A stretch of 32,000 nt of DNA from Thermosulfurimonas dismutans (GCF_001652585.1 NZ_LWLG01000007.1:50498-82497); one strand, 5' to 3'; shown: positions 1 to 11,622, counted from the first letter of the stretch. The notes: generated from the sequence alone by a model not told the origin. Numbers and translations: made by a program.

Positions 1-1245
1 GAAGGTGAAAAGCCCCTCACCGAACTCTTGAAAGCCCTTTCATCGGGAACTAAGCCCTCGGATGTCCCGGGCCTCTTTTTCCGGGAAGATGGCAAGATCT
101 CTGGACAAGGTTTTTGGGAACTTTCTCCTGAGGAAATTCCTTCCCCCATCTATGAGGACTACTTCCGAGAATTGAATCTCCTTCCTCCAGAAAAGCGATT
201 TTTTCCGCTGATCTCTCTAGAAGCCTCACGGGGTTGCTGGTGGGGAAAGTGCCGCTTCTGCAACCTCAATCTCCAGTGGCACGGCTATCGTCTGAGGCCG
301 ATGAAAAACGTGCTTTACGACATAAGACGCCACGCCGAAGCCGGACTTCTCGATTTCGCCTTCATGGATAACTGTCTTGACAGATCTCAGGCCCTTGAAC
401 TCTTTGAAAACTTGGCCGGAGAGGGGCGGGATTATCGCATCTTTGCCGAGCTACGAGCCATTTATACCGCAGAGGAATACCGTCGAATGCGAAAAGGGGG
501 CCTCTATTGGGTTCAGATAGGTATCGAGGCCCTTTCAACTTCGCTTCTCAAACGCCTGGGCAAAGGCACAACCGCCATGGCCAATGTAGCCGCCATGCGC
601 CATTGTGAAGAGACCGGTCTTGAACTCTCGGCCAATCTTATATGCCATTTTCCGGGGAGCACCGAAGAAGAAATTCAAGAGACCCTCTCTGCCCTAGATT
701 ACGTCTTTCCCTTTCGGCCTCTTACCACGGTCTCCTTCTGGTTGGGATATGGGAGTCCCATTTTTAGAAATCCTACGGACTTCGGCCTCTCCCGTCTTTA
801 TCCTCATCCTTATTATAGTTACCTCTTTCCAGAAGAGCTACGCAAGCGCCTCAAACCCTTAATTTTATCCTATAGCGGAGATCGCAGGAAACAAACTCAG
901 CTTTGGCGGCCGGTCATCGAAAAGGTGAAAGGCTGGCAAAAAATCTGGTCCAGGCTCAGGGAGGAGAAGGGGCCTCTTCTCACTTATCGCGAAGGCCTGG
1001 ACTTCATTCTTATCCGTCAGGTAACCCCCCAGGGGCGGGTTCTTCACCACCGCCTGAAAGGCCTCTCGCGGGCCATTTATTTGTTTCTTACCGAACCCCG
1101 AAGCCTTGGGGATATAACTTCCGCCTTCCCCAACCTTTCCGGAGAAAAGATTAAGGTCTTTCTCCAAGATCTCGTCCGCAAAAAACTCATGTTTCAGGAA
1201 AAAGACCGTTTTCTGGCCTTGGCGATAAGGGCTAATCTACCTTGA
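1..1245 (+). CDS. B12-binding-type (class B) radical SAM protein, 5'-truncated by the window edge; possibly RiPP-maturase-like
   Basis: Frame 1 is open from base 1 (EGEKPLTELLKALSSG...), so the Met at 28 is internal. The Cys cluster SRGCWWGKCRFCN is a radical SAM Fe-S motif of the CWWG type. The cobalamin-binding domain would lie upstream of the window. Confidence 0.7.
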   Translation, partial: EGEKPLTELLKALSSGTKPSDVPGLFFREDGKISGQGFWELSPEEIPSPIYEDYFRELNLLPPEKRFFPLISLEASRGCWWGKCRFCNLNLQWHGYRLRPMKNVLYDIRRHAEAGLLDFAFMDNCLDRSQALELFENLAGEGRDYRIFAELRAIYTAEEYRRMRKGGLYWVQIGIEALSTSLLKRLGKGTTAMANVAAMRHCEETGLELSANLICHFPGSTEEEIQETLSALDYVFPFRPLTTVSFWLGYGSPIFRNPTDFGLSRLYPHPYYSYLFPEELRKRLKPLILSYSGDRRKQTQLWRPVIEKVKGWQKIWSRLREEKGPLLTYREGLDFILIRQVTPQGRVLHHRLKGLSRAIYLFLTEPRSLGDITSAFPNLSGEKIKVFLQDLVRKKLMFQEKDRFLALAIRANLP

Positions 1246-1648
1246 GTTCCATATCTCGCCTTACCACTTGTCCGGTAAAAAAGGCCACCAGGGTACCGTC
1301 CTCCTTGCGGACTTCAACTTCATATATACCGGTCTTTTCGGTGAGGTTTACCTCACGGGCCTCGGCGATCAGACGATCCCCAAGTCTAGACGAAGCCGGA
1401 TAATATATTTGGGCCGAGACCGCCAGCGCCAGTTTCCCATGACTATTTGAAGCCACGGCAAAGGCAAAGTCCGCAAGTGAAAAGGTTACCCCTCCCTGAC
1501 AGACTCCAGCGGCGTTAAGCATGTCTTCCCTTACCGTAATGGCCACACGGGCGTAGCCCGGGCGAACTTCAAGTAAATCTACCCCGAGCCAGACCGCCAC
1601 CTTGTCGTGCTCTCTCATGAAATGGGCGATCTTTAAAGCTTTGTCCAT
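1232..1648 (-). CDS. PaaI-family hotdog-fold acyl-CoA thioesterase
   Basis: 138 aa. The ...GYARVAITVREDMLNAAGVCQGGVTFSLADFAFAVA... pattern is typical of PaaI/phenylacetic-acid-degradation thioesterases. Its 3' end overlaps the convergent radical SAM gene. Confidence 0.7.
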   Translation of the reverse strand: MDKALKIAHFMREHDKVAVWLGVDLLEVRPGYARVAITVREDMLNAAGVCQGGVTFSLADFAFAVASNSHGKLALAVSAQIYYPASSRLGDRLIAEAREVNLTEKTGIYEVEVRKEDGTLVAFFTGQVVRRDMELKVD

Positions 1649-2898
1649 CAGGCACGTCCTCCTTTGTCCAAGAAATTGGCTATCAAATTGAGGTAACGCT
1701 CAAGGGCTCCCCGGTGCCTTGAAAAAACCTTCAAAGCGCGCTCTCCCCGATCCCTGGACTCCTTCAAAAATCTTTTCATGGCCATGGCCAGGGCCTCCGG
1801 ATCCGGCTTTACCTTTTCACCTCCTCCCTCGGCCTCAAGCTCGCGGGCTACCGAAGCTATGCTCTCTACATAAGGACCGAAGAGGACCGGAACACTCAAA
1901 GCCGCAGGCTCAAGAAGATTATGTCCCCCCACTGGAACCAAGGTGCCTCCCACGAAAGCCACCTCCGCCAGAGCATATAGAGCCCTCAGCTCCCCCAGGG
2001 TATCTACCACCAAAACCCTGGCCGGGGAAGGCCTTGAGCGCAGAGCGGTCTCAAAGCCCAGTCTTTCGGAAAGGGCTTTTACTTCGGCGGCTCTCTCGGG
2101 ATGCCGGGGGCAGAGAATGAGCGTACCATGGGGAAGCCTTTTGAAGGCTTTAAGGATCAGTTCTTCCTCTCCGGCATGGGTGGAACCACACACTATCACC
2201 GGCGGAGAAACAAAGGCCGAAAGATCCTGGCGCAAGGCCTCGATTTCTTCCTTGTTGGGAGGCGGAAAATCGTACTTCAGATTGCCTAAGAAGAGGACCC
2301 GGGGGCCCGGAGAGAGGGCCTCCATACGAATACGGTCCTCCTCGCTGGCCATGGCCAGTACCGCAAAAGGCCTGTAAAGGAAACGAGCCAAAAACCTAAA
2401 TCTTCTAAGTCTTCGGTAGGCTTTTTCCGAAATGGCGCCATTAGCCAGTATCAATGGTACTCCGGCAGCCTTAGCGAAACCCACGAGATCCGGCCAGACA
2501 TCGGTCTCGACTAGGATGAAAAGTCGAGGCCTTATGGCCGAAAAATAGCGCTTGAGGCTCCGTGGACAATGCAGGGGCGAGGGATGGACCCGGGCCAGGT
2601 TCGAAAATCTCTCTTTGGCCAGTTTGAGTCCGGAAGTCGTAGTGGCTGTGAGCACTAGCTCGTATTGAGGAAAGCGTTTGCGGAGTCCTTTGAGCAAGGT
2701 ACCTGCGGCCTGAAGCTCTCCTACCGAAAGGGTATGGATCCAAATACGTTCTTTTTTAGGCGACAAATCATCGAAGCGAGGATGCCATCTTTTTCGCAAA
2801 TAGACCCTTCTTTTCTTCTTCAATTGAGCCAGAAAATAAAAAGGACAAACCAATCCTGAAAAAAGAGTATATGCCAAGTCTAACCTTTCAAATCTCAC
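1648..2898 (-). CDS. waaA: 3-deoxy-D-manno-octulosonic acid (Kdo) transferase
   Basis: 416 aa with a GTG start. N-terminal membrane anchor, then IWIHTLSVGELQAAGTLLKGLRKRFP...LVLTATTTSG, characteristic of KdtA/WaaA. Confidence 0.85.
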   Translation of the reverse strand: MRFERLDLAYTLFSGLVCPFYFLAQLKKKRRVYLRKRWHPRFDDLSPKKERIWIHTLSVGELQAAGTLLKGLRKRFPQYELVLTATTTSGLKLAKERFSNLARVHPSPLHCPRSLKRYFSAIRPRLFILVETDVWPDLVGFAKAAGVPLILANGAISEKAYRRLRRFRFLARFLYRPFAVLAMASEEDRIRMEALSPGPRVLFLGNLKYDFPPPNKEEIEALRQDLSAFVSPPVIVCGSTHAGEEELILKAFKRLPHGTLILCPRHPERAAEVKALSERLGFETALRSRPSPARVLVVDTLGELRALYALAEVAFVGGTLVPVGGHNLLEPAALSVPVLFGPYVESIASVARELEAEGGGEKVKPDPEALAMAMKRFLKESRDRGERALKVFSRHRGALERYLNLIANFLDKGGRA

Positions 2899-2959
2899 GG
2901 CTTAACTATAGCACCGGATGAGCTTTTAAAATACTTCCGAAAGACCTATAATTTCATAA

Positions 2960-5047
<2,088 letters not shown>

Positions 5048-5056
5048 ATTAGGAGT

Positions 5057-5503
5057 CTAACTTCCGTAAAAGAAAATGGGCTCCACCAATTTGATACCAC
5101 CTTTATAGACCACCTCAAGGGCCTTATCAAAATTCTCGTCAGGGACCTTGAAGACCAAAACCGCTCGGTCACCGCCTCCCACAAAGGCGTAGGTATAATC
5201 CACATTGATGTCAGCTTCAGAGAGAAGCTTTACCACCTGATAGAAACCACCCGGTTTGTCCTCCACCTCCACCGCAAAGACGCTTTGCTCCTTAACGGTA
5301 AAACCAGCCGCCGAAAGGACACTACGGGCCTTCTCCGGATTGTCCACCACTAGCCGCAGGATCCCGAACTCCGCACTTTCGGCAAGCGCAAGCGCACGGA
5401 TGTTCACCTGAGCCTTATAGAGGGTCTCGGTGAGTTCCTTAAGACGCCCCTTACGGTTTTCAAGAAAGATCGAAAGCTGTTTTATGGCGTATTGGCTTCG
5501 CAT
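5057..5503 (-). CDS. ACT domain-containing protein (small regulatory partner of the PaaK-like ligase)
   Basis: 148 aa with two ACT-like beta-alpha-beta units (QLSIFLENRKGRLKELT..., FAVEVEDKPGGFYQVVKLL...). It lies 2 nt downstream of the paaK-like gene on the same strand. Confidence 0.7.
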   Translation of the reverse strand: MRSQYAIKQLSIFLENRKGRLKELTETLYKAQVNIRALALAESAEFGILRLVVDNPEKARSVLSAAGFTVKEQSVFAVEVEDKPGGFYQVVKLLSEADINVDYTYAFVGGGDRAVLVFKVPDENFDKALEVVYKGGIKLVEPIFFYGS

Positions 5504-5505
5504 GG

Positions 5506-6819
5506 CTAACCTCCAAGTTTTTCCTGTAATTCACGACGATCAATAACCCTCTTGGCCTTGCCCATAGAACGTTCCAGGGTTTTGGGTTCAACCAATTTAA
5601 CCCTGGCTCTCAAAAATAGGTGATTGGCCAGTTCTTCCTCGAGTTTGTGTTTGAGATTTTCAAGAGATCCCAGATCCCCGGTAAAGATGCGTTCGTCCAC
5701 CTCCACCCAGACCTCAAGGACATCAAGTACTCCTCGCTTGTCCACCACAATGACGTAATTGGGGGTAAGGCCTTCTACCTTGGTGAGCACGTGCTCCACC
5801 TGAGAGGGGAAGACGTTTACTCCAGAGACGATGAGCATATCGTCGCTTCGGCCAACCACTTTCCCCATGCGAAGGATAGTCCGTCCGCAACGGCAAGGCT
5901 CCCGATAGATCCGCGAGATGTCCCTGGTACGGTAGCGAATGAGGGGTAGGGCCTGCTTGGTAAGGGTGGTAAAGACCAACTCGCCCTCCTCGCCCTCTGG
6001 AAGCACCTCTCCGGTCGCGGGATCTATGATCTCGGGATAGAAATGATCTTCAAAAATGTGAAGTTCCCCGTACTCACAAGAAGCTGCTACCCCCGGACCA
6101 ATGATCTCCGAAAGACCGTAAGCCTCAAAATATTTAATGCCCCAGGCCTCGGCCACCGCCTGTCTCAGGCCTTCCGAGGCCGGTTCGGCTCCGAAGAAGC
6201 CCGCTCGGAGCTTAAAATCGTTTCGGGGATCGAACCCTTCCTCCTCGGCCACTTCCGCAAGATGCAGGGCGTAGGAAGGGGTGGAACAGAGAATGGTAGC
6301 CCCGAAATCCCGCATAAGCATGAGCTGACGCTTGGTGAAACCCACGCTTGAAGGCACCACCGCCGCCCCAAGGGCCTCGGCCCCGTAGTGGAACCCGAGA
6401 CCTCCGGTAAATAGCCCATAACCATAAGCATTGTGGACCACATCTCCCGGGCCCACTCGGGCCATAAGGAGGGACCGCATCATGACCTCAATCCAGACCT
6501 TCATGTCGTGTTCGGTATAGGCCACCACCGTAGGCTTACCCGTAGTCCCGGAAGAGGAGTGGATCCGCACTACCTGATCCATGGGGACTGCGAGCAACCC
6601 GAAGGGATAGTGATCCCGTAGATCCTGTTTGGTGGTAAAAGGCAAATTTTTGATGTCCTCGAGACTTCGGATATCCTGAGGCCTGATACCAACCTCATCA
6701 AATTTGGCCTTATAGAAGGGCACTAAATTGTAAACTCTGGTAACGGTCTCCTTGAGGCGTCTTAGTTGGAGAGCTTCGAATTCCTCACGTGAAAGGTAAT
6801 CGGCGGCATTCGGTTTCAT
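5506..6819 (-). CDS. paaK: Phenylacetate-CoA ligase family (aryl/indoleacetate-CoA ligase)
   Basis: 437 aa. AMP-binding loop SSGTTGKPT and length/layout typical of PaaK. Strong RBS GGGGAGGA before the ATG. Confidence 0.85.
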   Translation of the reverse strand: MKPNAADYLSREEFEALQLRRLKETVTRVYNLVPFYKAKFDEVGIRPQDIRSLEDIKNLPFTTKQDLRDHYPFGLLAVPMDQVVRIHSSSGTTGKPTVVAYTEHDMKVWIEVMMRSLLMARVGPGDVVHNAYGYGLFTGGLGFHYGAEALGAAVVPSSVGFTKRQLMLMRDFGATILCSTPSYALHLAEVAEEEGFDPRNDFKLRAGFFGAEPASEGLRQAVAEAWGIKYFEAYGLSEIIGPGVAASCEYGELHIFEDHFYPEIIDPATGEVLPEGEEGELVFTTLTKQALPLIRYRTRDISRIYREPCRCGRTILRMGKVVGRSDDMLIVSGVNVFPSQVEHVLTKVEGLTPNYVIVVDKRGVLDVLEVWVEVDERIFTGDLGSLENLKHKLEEELANHLFLRARVKLVEPKTLERSMGKAKRVIDRRELQEKLGG

Positions 6820-6854
6820 GACTATCCTCCCCAGACTTTTATCCCTCCCTTACC

Positions 6855-6881
6855 AAAAAATGGCCTTCAAGGCAAGAAGGC
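6855..6881 (-). terminator. Candidate intrinsic terminator/attenuator hairpin about 35 nt upstream of the paaK start
   Basis: The minus strand reads GCCTTC-TTGCCTT-GAAGGC (6-bp stem, 7-nt loop), then CA and T6. The stem is short and the position in front of a gene is atypical. Confidence 0.35.
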
Positions 6882-7060
6882 TTATTCTTATTTTATTTTG
6901 CAACTGGGACGACTACGCCGATAACGGCTATTATTTCCTCTTCTCTGAGACCCGCTTTTTCAAATCCCAAAGGGTCTTTTTCTCCGGATGGCTCTCCGTG
7001 ACATTTGGCACACAAAAATTCAACTTTACAGGAGAGGCGTAAGCTTTTACTTTTAAAGCT

Positions 7061-7636
7061 ATGAGTGCCTTCCATCGTTACGCCAAGGCCCTATTTGAGG
7101 CCGCTATGTTGAAACACCTAAAGCGCACGGGTTACGCCTATCTAGGTAGCGGCGAGGAGAGTGTAGCGGCTCACAGCTTTGGAGTGATCTTCTGTGCCTG
7201 GCTTCTGGCGGAACTTGTCCCAGAGGCTGATACCGAAAAGGTCATTAAAATGGCCATCCTGCACGATCTTGCTGAGGCCCGTATAGGAGATCTTAATTCT
7301 GTAAACAAACTCTATGATAGCGCGGACGAAAAAAGGGCCTTCCAGGATACCCTTTCCGGCCTACCTTTTGAGGAGGAAGGGAAACAACTCCTTGAAGAAT
7401 ATTTGGCTCAGAAAAGCCTTGAGGCCAGGCTGGCCCGGGATGCCGACCAACTTGATCTCATGATCATGCTCAAAGAGCAGAAGGATCTCGGTAACCCTTA
7501 TGCGCCGCGGTGGCTGGCCTACGCCAAAAGACGCCTTAAGACCGAAAGCGGACGCCAGCTTGCCGAAGCCATCCTTGAGACCGACTGGGCTTCCTGGTGG
7601 CTCGATCAGTTTGTAGATCCGGATGAAAAGGCCTGA
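7061..7636 (+). CDS. HD-domain metal-dependent phosphohydrolase (YfbR-like)
   Basis: 191 aa with H...HD metal ligands (VAAHSFG, ILHDLAEARIGD). There is no SD before 7061. An internal Met at 7106 preceded by GAGG is an alternative start. Confidence 0.75.
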   Translation: MSAFHRYAKALFEAAMLKHLKRTGYAYLGSGEESVAAHSFGVIFCAWLLAELVPEADTEKVIKMAILHDLAEARIGDLNSVNKLYDSADEKRAFQDTLSGLPFEEEGKQLLEEYLAQKSLEARLARDADQLDLMIMLKEQKDLGNPYAPRWLAYAKRRLKTESGRQLAEAILETDWASWWLDQFVDPDEKA

Positions 7637-8651
7637 GCTCGCCCTTTGTAGTCGCTGTGGCCGATGTCTGGCAGTCTGTCCTACTTATGTGGCCACCCAA
7701 CGAGAATTCTTTTCGCCACGGGGAAGGATTTTTCTCTTTGAGGCCGGCCTTTGGGAGCATCCGGCCCTGGAAACCTGTCTTGCCTGTGGAAACTGTGAAA
7801 ACGCTTGCCCTAACCGGGTACCGCTTCCCGAACTTGTCTTTTTAAAAAAATTGGAAGATCCTTCTTCCTCAAAAATCCCTATTTCTAAAGGCCCTCTTCT
7901 TACCTGGCTTCCCAAAGAAGGGACGTTGCTTGACAAGCTCTGTACAGATCAGCTTCCGAAACGAGCTTCCCGGACGTTCAGTCAAAACCTAAAACTTCCA
8001 GAAAAGGGCGATGTTACCATCTTCCTTTCCTGTGGAGCGGAATACCTTTATCCCAAAGCCACCCACAAGCTGATCCTGTTTCTAAAAGGCATGGGATACT
8101 CGCCGGGAGTTACCAGACCTCTTTGTTGTGGGCTTCCGGCGGCCTCCATCGGAAGAAAAAAAGTATTCCTTGAGCAGTCCCGAAACACCCTTGAAGTCCT
8201 ATCTCAGACCGAAGGCCCCATTCTTACCCTTTGCGCTTCTTGCCTGTGGATGTTCAAGAAAGTTTATCCCTTGGTCTTTTCAGATACCAAGGAAGAAAAA
8301 AAAGTCCATTCGGTAGCTCAACGTGTAGAGGAAGCCCTGAGCCACCTTAGCCCGAAGGTCTCTACTTGGCCTTTTCAAGTGGATGACTTAGCTATACACA
8401 TTCCTTGCCATTTGAAAGAATTTAAACCCCAAATTTCGTTCCAAGGGTCTCAAATAAATCTTTGCTGCGGTTCTGTAACCCCTAAAAGGCTTCTTTTTGA
8501 AAACCAGCTTCCGAAACCATTTCTCGAAAAACTTATGGAACTCGGTCCTTCCCTTCTTGTCACCGCCTGTACGGGTTGTTATCTTAAATTGAGAAAACTT
8601 CTTAAAGTCCCTCCAGAAGTAAAGCATTGGGCGGAGTTGTTAAGTGTTTGA
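7623..8651 (+). CDS. (Fe-S)-binding oxidoreductase subunit, GlcF/HdrD-like (2x[4Fe-4S] plus Cys-rich CCG-type C-terminal half)
   Basis: Ferredoxin motifs CSRCGRCLAVCP and CLACGNCENACP. The Cys-rich C-terminal half includes PLCCGLPA and CCGS. It overlaps the HD gene by 14 nt. Confidence 0.65.
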   Translation: MKRPELALCSRCGRCLAVCPTYVATQREFFSPRGRIFLFEAGLWEHPALETCLACGNCENACPNRVPLPELVFLKKLEDPSSSKIPISKGPLLTWLPKEGTLLDKLCTDQLPKRASRTFSQNLKLPEKGDVTIFLSCGAEYLYPKATHKLILFLKGMGYSPGVTRPLCCGLPAASIGRKKVFLEQSRNTLEVLSQTEGPILTLCASCLWMFKKVYPLVFSDTKEEKKVHSVAQRVEEALSHLSPKVSTWPFQVDDLAIHIPCHLKEFKPQISFQGSQINLCCGSVTPKRLLFENQLPKPFLEKLMELGPSLLVTACTGCYLKLRKLLKVPPEVKHWAELLSV

Positions 8652-9573
8652 ACCCTCGTACTTGAAACTAATCGAGTCCGGAGAGCTAGATCGTCGCATA
8701 AATGCCCTTTACGCCCGTATAAGTCCCTGTCTCCTTTGTCCTAACGAGTGCGGAGTGGATAGGCTTTCTGGAGAAAAGGGGCTATGTCAAGTGGGGGCTA
8801 GACCTATGGTTTCTAGTTACGGCCCACATTTCGGAGAGGAAGACCCCCTCGTAGGTTTCGGGGGCTCTGGTACCATCTTTTTCACCTACTGTAATATGGC
8901 CTGCGTGTACTGCCAGAACTGGGAGATAAGTCATCTCGGAGAGGGAGAAGAAATTTCCGTAGAAGACTTGGCCCGTATCATGTTGCTTCTTCAAGCCCGG
9001 GGCTGCCATAATATCAATCTAGTTACCCCTACCCATCAGATCCCCTTTATTGTGGAAGCGTTAAAACTTGCGGCCAAGGAGGGTTTAAGGCTTCCTTTGG
9101 TTTATAACTGTGGCGGCTATGAATCCGTAGAGACTTTGCGGCTTCTTGAAGATATCGTGGATATCTATATGCCGGATATCAAATATGCGGAAGAGAAGGT
9201 GGCCGCAAGACTCTCCAAGGTCACGGACTATCCGAGAAAGGCGAAAGAGGCCTTGAAGGAGATGCACCGTCAGGTGGGAGACCTAGTCATAGAGGATGGA
9301 GTAGCAGTAAGAGGGCTTCTGGTAAGACATCTAGTGCTTCCGGGGAATCTTTCCGGAACCAAAGAGGTCCTTTCTTTTATAGCCCAGGAAATATCGCCTG
9401 ACACTTACGTAAATCTTATGGATCAATATCGTCCCTGCGGAGAAGCCTGGAAATATCCCCCGCTTGATCGATCTTTAAGCCAAGAGGAGTATGAAGAAGC
9501 CCTTAGGTTTGCTCGAGAGGTAGGGCTTAAACGCCTTGATGAACGACGTTCTCGCTTCGTCCTCGCAATATGA
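8644..9573 (+). CDS. Radical SAM protein, PflX-like (pyruvate formate-lyase activase homologue)
   Basis: GTG start. Auxiliary N-terminal Cys motif CLLCPNECGVDR...GLC and radical SAM triad CNMACVYCQN. Confidence 0.75.
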   Translation: MFEPSYLKLIESGELDRRINALYARISPCLLCPNECGVDRLSGEKGLCQVGARPMVSSYGPHFGEEDPLVGFGGSGTIFFTYCNMACVYCQNWEISHLGEGEEISVEDLARIMLLLQARGCHNINLVTPTHQIPFIVEALKLAAKEGLRLPLVYNCGGYESVETLRLLEDIVDIYMPDIKYAEEKVAARLSKVTDYPRKAKEALKEMHRQVGDLVIEDGVAVRGLLVRHLVLPGNLSGTKEVLSFIAQEISPDTYVNLMDQYRPCGEAWKYPPLDRSLSQEEYEEALRFAREVGLKRLDERRSRFVLAI

Positions 9574-10214
9574 AGATATTTGCAGTCGGTGATGTCCACG
9601 GATGTGCGGAGGCACTGGAAGCCCTGCTTGATAGGCTTCCGGTGGAATGGGGAAAGGATTTGTTGATCTTTTTAGGGGATTATATAGATCGAGGGCCTTC
9701 TCCCAGAAAAGTGATCGAGATGGTGAAGAAACTCGTAACCGAATATCCTAACAAAGTGATAGCCCTTTCGGGAAACCATGAATGGATGTTTAAAAGATAT
9801 CTTAAAGGTATAGAATCCGCGGTTTTTCTCTATAACGGAGGGGAGATCACTCTCAGAGACTACTTTGAACGGGGGAAACTTAACATCCCTGAGGAGGACT
9901 TAAACTTTCTAGAATCGCTTCCTCTGTATTATGAGACCAAGGATTTCTTTTTCGTGCATGCCGGTATTCGACCCGGAATTCCCTTTGATAAACAGGACGA
10001 GGAAGACCTTCTTTGGATCCGGGAAAGTTTTTATTACTATCCAGGAAAGTTCGAAAAAACTATAGTATTTGGACATACGCCTTTTCCAGAACCACTGGAT
10101 CTTCCGGATAGGATAGGCATAGATACGGGTTGTGTTTACGGAGGAAAGCTCACGGCTGTTGAACTTCCAGCACGCAAATACTACCAGGTAGATTGTCTTA
10201 GGAGGTGGGTATGA
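9570..10214 (+). CDS. Metallophosphoesterase (PPP-family Ser/Thr phosphatase / ApaH-like)
   Basis: Signature motifs GDVHG, GDYIDRG and GNHE. There is a 4-nt overlap with the upstream gene. Confidence 0.85.
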   Translation: MKIFAVGDVHGCAEALEALLDRLPVEWGKDLLIFLGDYIDRGPSPRKVIEMVKKLVTEYPNKVIALSGNHEWMFKRYLKGIESAVFLYNGGEITLRDYFERGKLNIPEEDLNFLESLPLYYETKDFFFVHAGIRPGIPFDKQDEEDLLWIRESFYYYPGKFEKTIVFGHTPFPEPLDLPDRIGIDTGCVYGGKLTAVELPARKYYQVDCLRRWV

Positions 10215-10732
10215 GCGTAATCTTTGATGATTTTGATGACGATCATTACGCTAAGCGGCCTTCATGGCGCGAAATTGATCGCCTTAGAGATCGCAGTCTC
10301 CATGCCCGTTTACGTGAGAAAAGGGAAAGGGAAACGGCTCAAAAATCCATAAACCGTTCCTCCTGGCTCAAGGAAAAGTATCTCAAAGAAGTGGAAAAGC
10401 TTTTTGCCGGTAAAAAGGGCAAACCGGAGCATGAGAAGGCCTTAAAACGCCTTAAGAACGCCTACGGCACCCAGAGGTTTACCAAGGTGGCCCGGGAATA
10501 TGTAAAGGCCTATGGCCTCCCTGAGGACTGGAACACCCTGCTCTTATTGCTCGAAGCCGGAGATGAGGCTATCGTCTGCGAGGCCATGGAAACCTTGGCC
10601 AAAGTGGCCCCGGAGAAGGGACCGCTTGAGCGCCAGGGTTTCCAAGCCAAGGTGAGAACTCTTAGTCTCATGAGCGAAAACGAGAAGATAAAGCGTACCG
10701 CTAGGAAAGTACTGGAGGAACTTTCCGCCTAA
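10205..10732 (+). CDS. Hypothetical protein (charged, helical; no family recognised)
   Basis: 175-aa ORF in the coupled + strand gene string. The more likely start is the ATG at 10211, behind GGAGG. No motifs were recognised. Confidence 0.5.
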   Translation: MGMSVIFDDFDDDHYAKRPSWREIDRLRDRSLHARLREKRERETAQKSINRSSWLKEKYLKEVEKLFAGKKGKPEHEKALKRLKNAYGTQRFTKVAREYVKAYGLPEDWNTLLLLLEAGDEAIVCEAMETLAKVAPEKGPLERQGFQAKVRTLSLMSENEKIKRTARKVLEELSA

Positions 10733-11622
10733 TGCAAGCTGAAATTGTGGCCTTTCTGGAATACCTGACCCTAGAAAGGAATCTCTCCGAGAACACCCTG
10801 CAATCATATGCCCGGGATCTTGGGGATTTCAAAGAGTTTCTCGAAAAAGAAGGGATAGACGACCTCAAGGAAGTCTCGATAGAGACGATACTTCTCTTTC
10901 TAGAGAGCTTAAAAAGACGAAAGCTCTCTTCCTCAAGTGTGGCTCGAAAACTCTCGGCCTTGAGGAGTTTTTTTCGATTTCTTGAACTGGAGAAAGGTTT
11001 CACCAACAACCCTCTGCTTTTGGTAGAAAGCCCCAAACTCCCTCAGCGATTGCCCAAGGTACTTACTATAAATGAGGTCGAAAGGCTACTTTCCGCTCCT
11101 GACACTTCGACCCCCCGAGGTTTGAGAGACAAAGCCATGCTTGAGACCCTTTATGCTACCGGTCTTCGTGTCTCGGAACTGGTAGCCCTTACTTTCTCTC
11201 AGCTCAATCTTTCGGCAGGCTTCGTGCGAGTCTTTGGCAAAGGCTCCAAAGAGAGACTGGTCCCACTAGGAGACTTTGCCCGAGAATATCTGGAACGCTA
11301 TATCCGGGAGGCTCGTCCTAAACTCCTTTCAGGACGCTCTGACCCTCCTCAGGTCTTCCTAAACCGCTACGGGAAACCCCTTACTCGACAGCGTTTCTGG
11401 CAGATTATCAAAGATTATGCCCGCAAAGTGGGTATAGATACCGAAATCTCCCCTCATGTTTTGCGGCATTCCTTCGCCACCCATCTACTTGAAGGAGGAG
11501 CGGATTTACGAGCTGTCCAGATGATGTTGGGGCATGCCAGTCTTTCCACCACGCAGATTTACACCCATCTTGATCTCAAAAATCTCCGAAAAATACATGA
11601 AAAACATCACCCTCGAGGCTAA
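10732..11622 (+). CDS. xerD: Tyrosine recombinase XerD (chromosome dimer resolution)
   Basis: 296 aa. The N-terminus FLEYLTLERNLSENTLQSYARDL is XerD-like. The catalytic C-terminus reads RHSFATHLLEGGADLRAVQMMLGHASLSTTQIYTH. Its start overlaps the upstream stop in TAATG. Confidence 0.85.
   Translation: MQAEIVAFLEYLTLERNLSENTLQSYARDLGDFKEFLEKEGIDDLKEVSIETILLFLESLKRRKLSSSSVARKLSALRSFFRFLELEKGFTNNPLLLVESPKLPQRLPKVLTINEVERLLSAPDTSTPRGLRDKAMLETLYATGLRVSELVALTFSQLNLSAGFVRVFGKGSKERLVPLGDFAREYLERYIREARPKLLSGRSDPPQVFLNRYGKPLTRQRFWQIIKDYARKVGIDTEISPHVLRHSFATHLLEGGADLRAVQMMLGHASLSTTQIYTHLDLKNLRKIHEKHHPRG

Noticed and set aside
1719-2859. Several 60-144-aa plus-strand ORFs and one alternate-frame minus-strand ORF (2471-2743) inside waaA
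   Set aside because: All are nested in the waaA coding region. Their translations are Pro/Arg/Ser-rich, typical of off-frame reading.
6818-7042. 74-aa plus-strand ORF in the paaK/HD intergenic region
   Set aside because: It has no RBS, starts inside the paaK start region, and has an implausible composition. The minus-strand alternative is only marginally better and is reported as a low-interest finding.
10732-11622. Tyrosine recombinase as the integrase of a mobile element
   Set aside because: The N- and C-terminal motifs match housekeeping XerD. The gene is embedded, with overlapping codons, in a string of core genes 10 kb from the tRNA fragment and the CRISPR locus.
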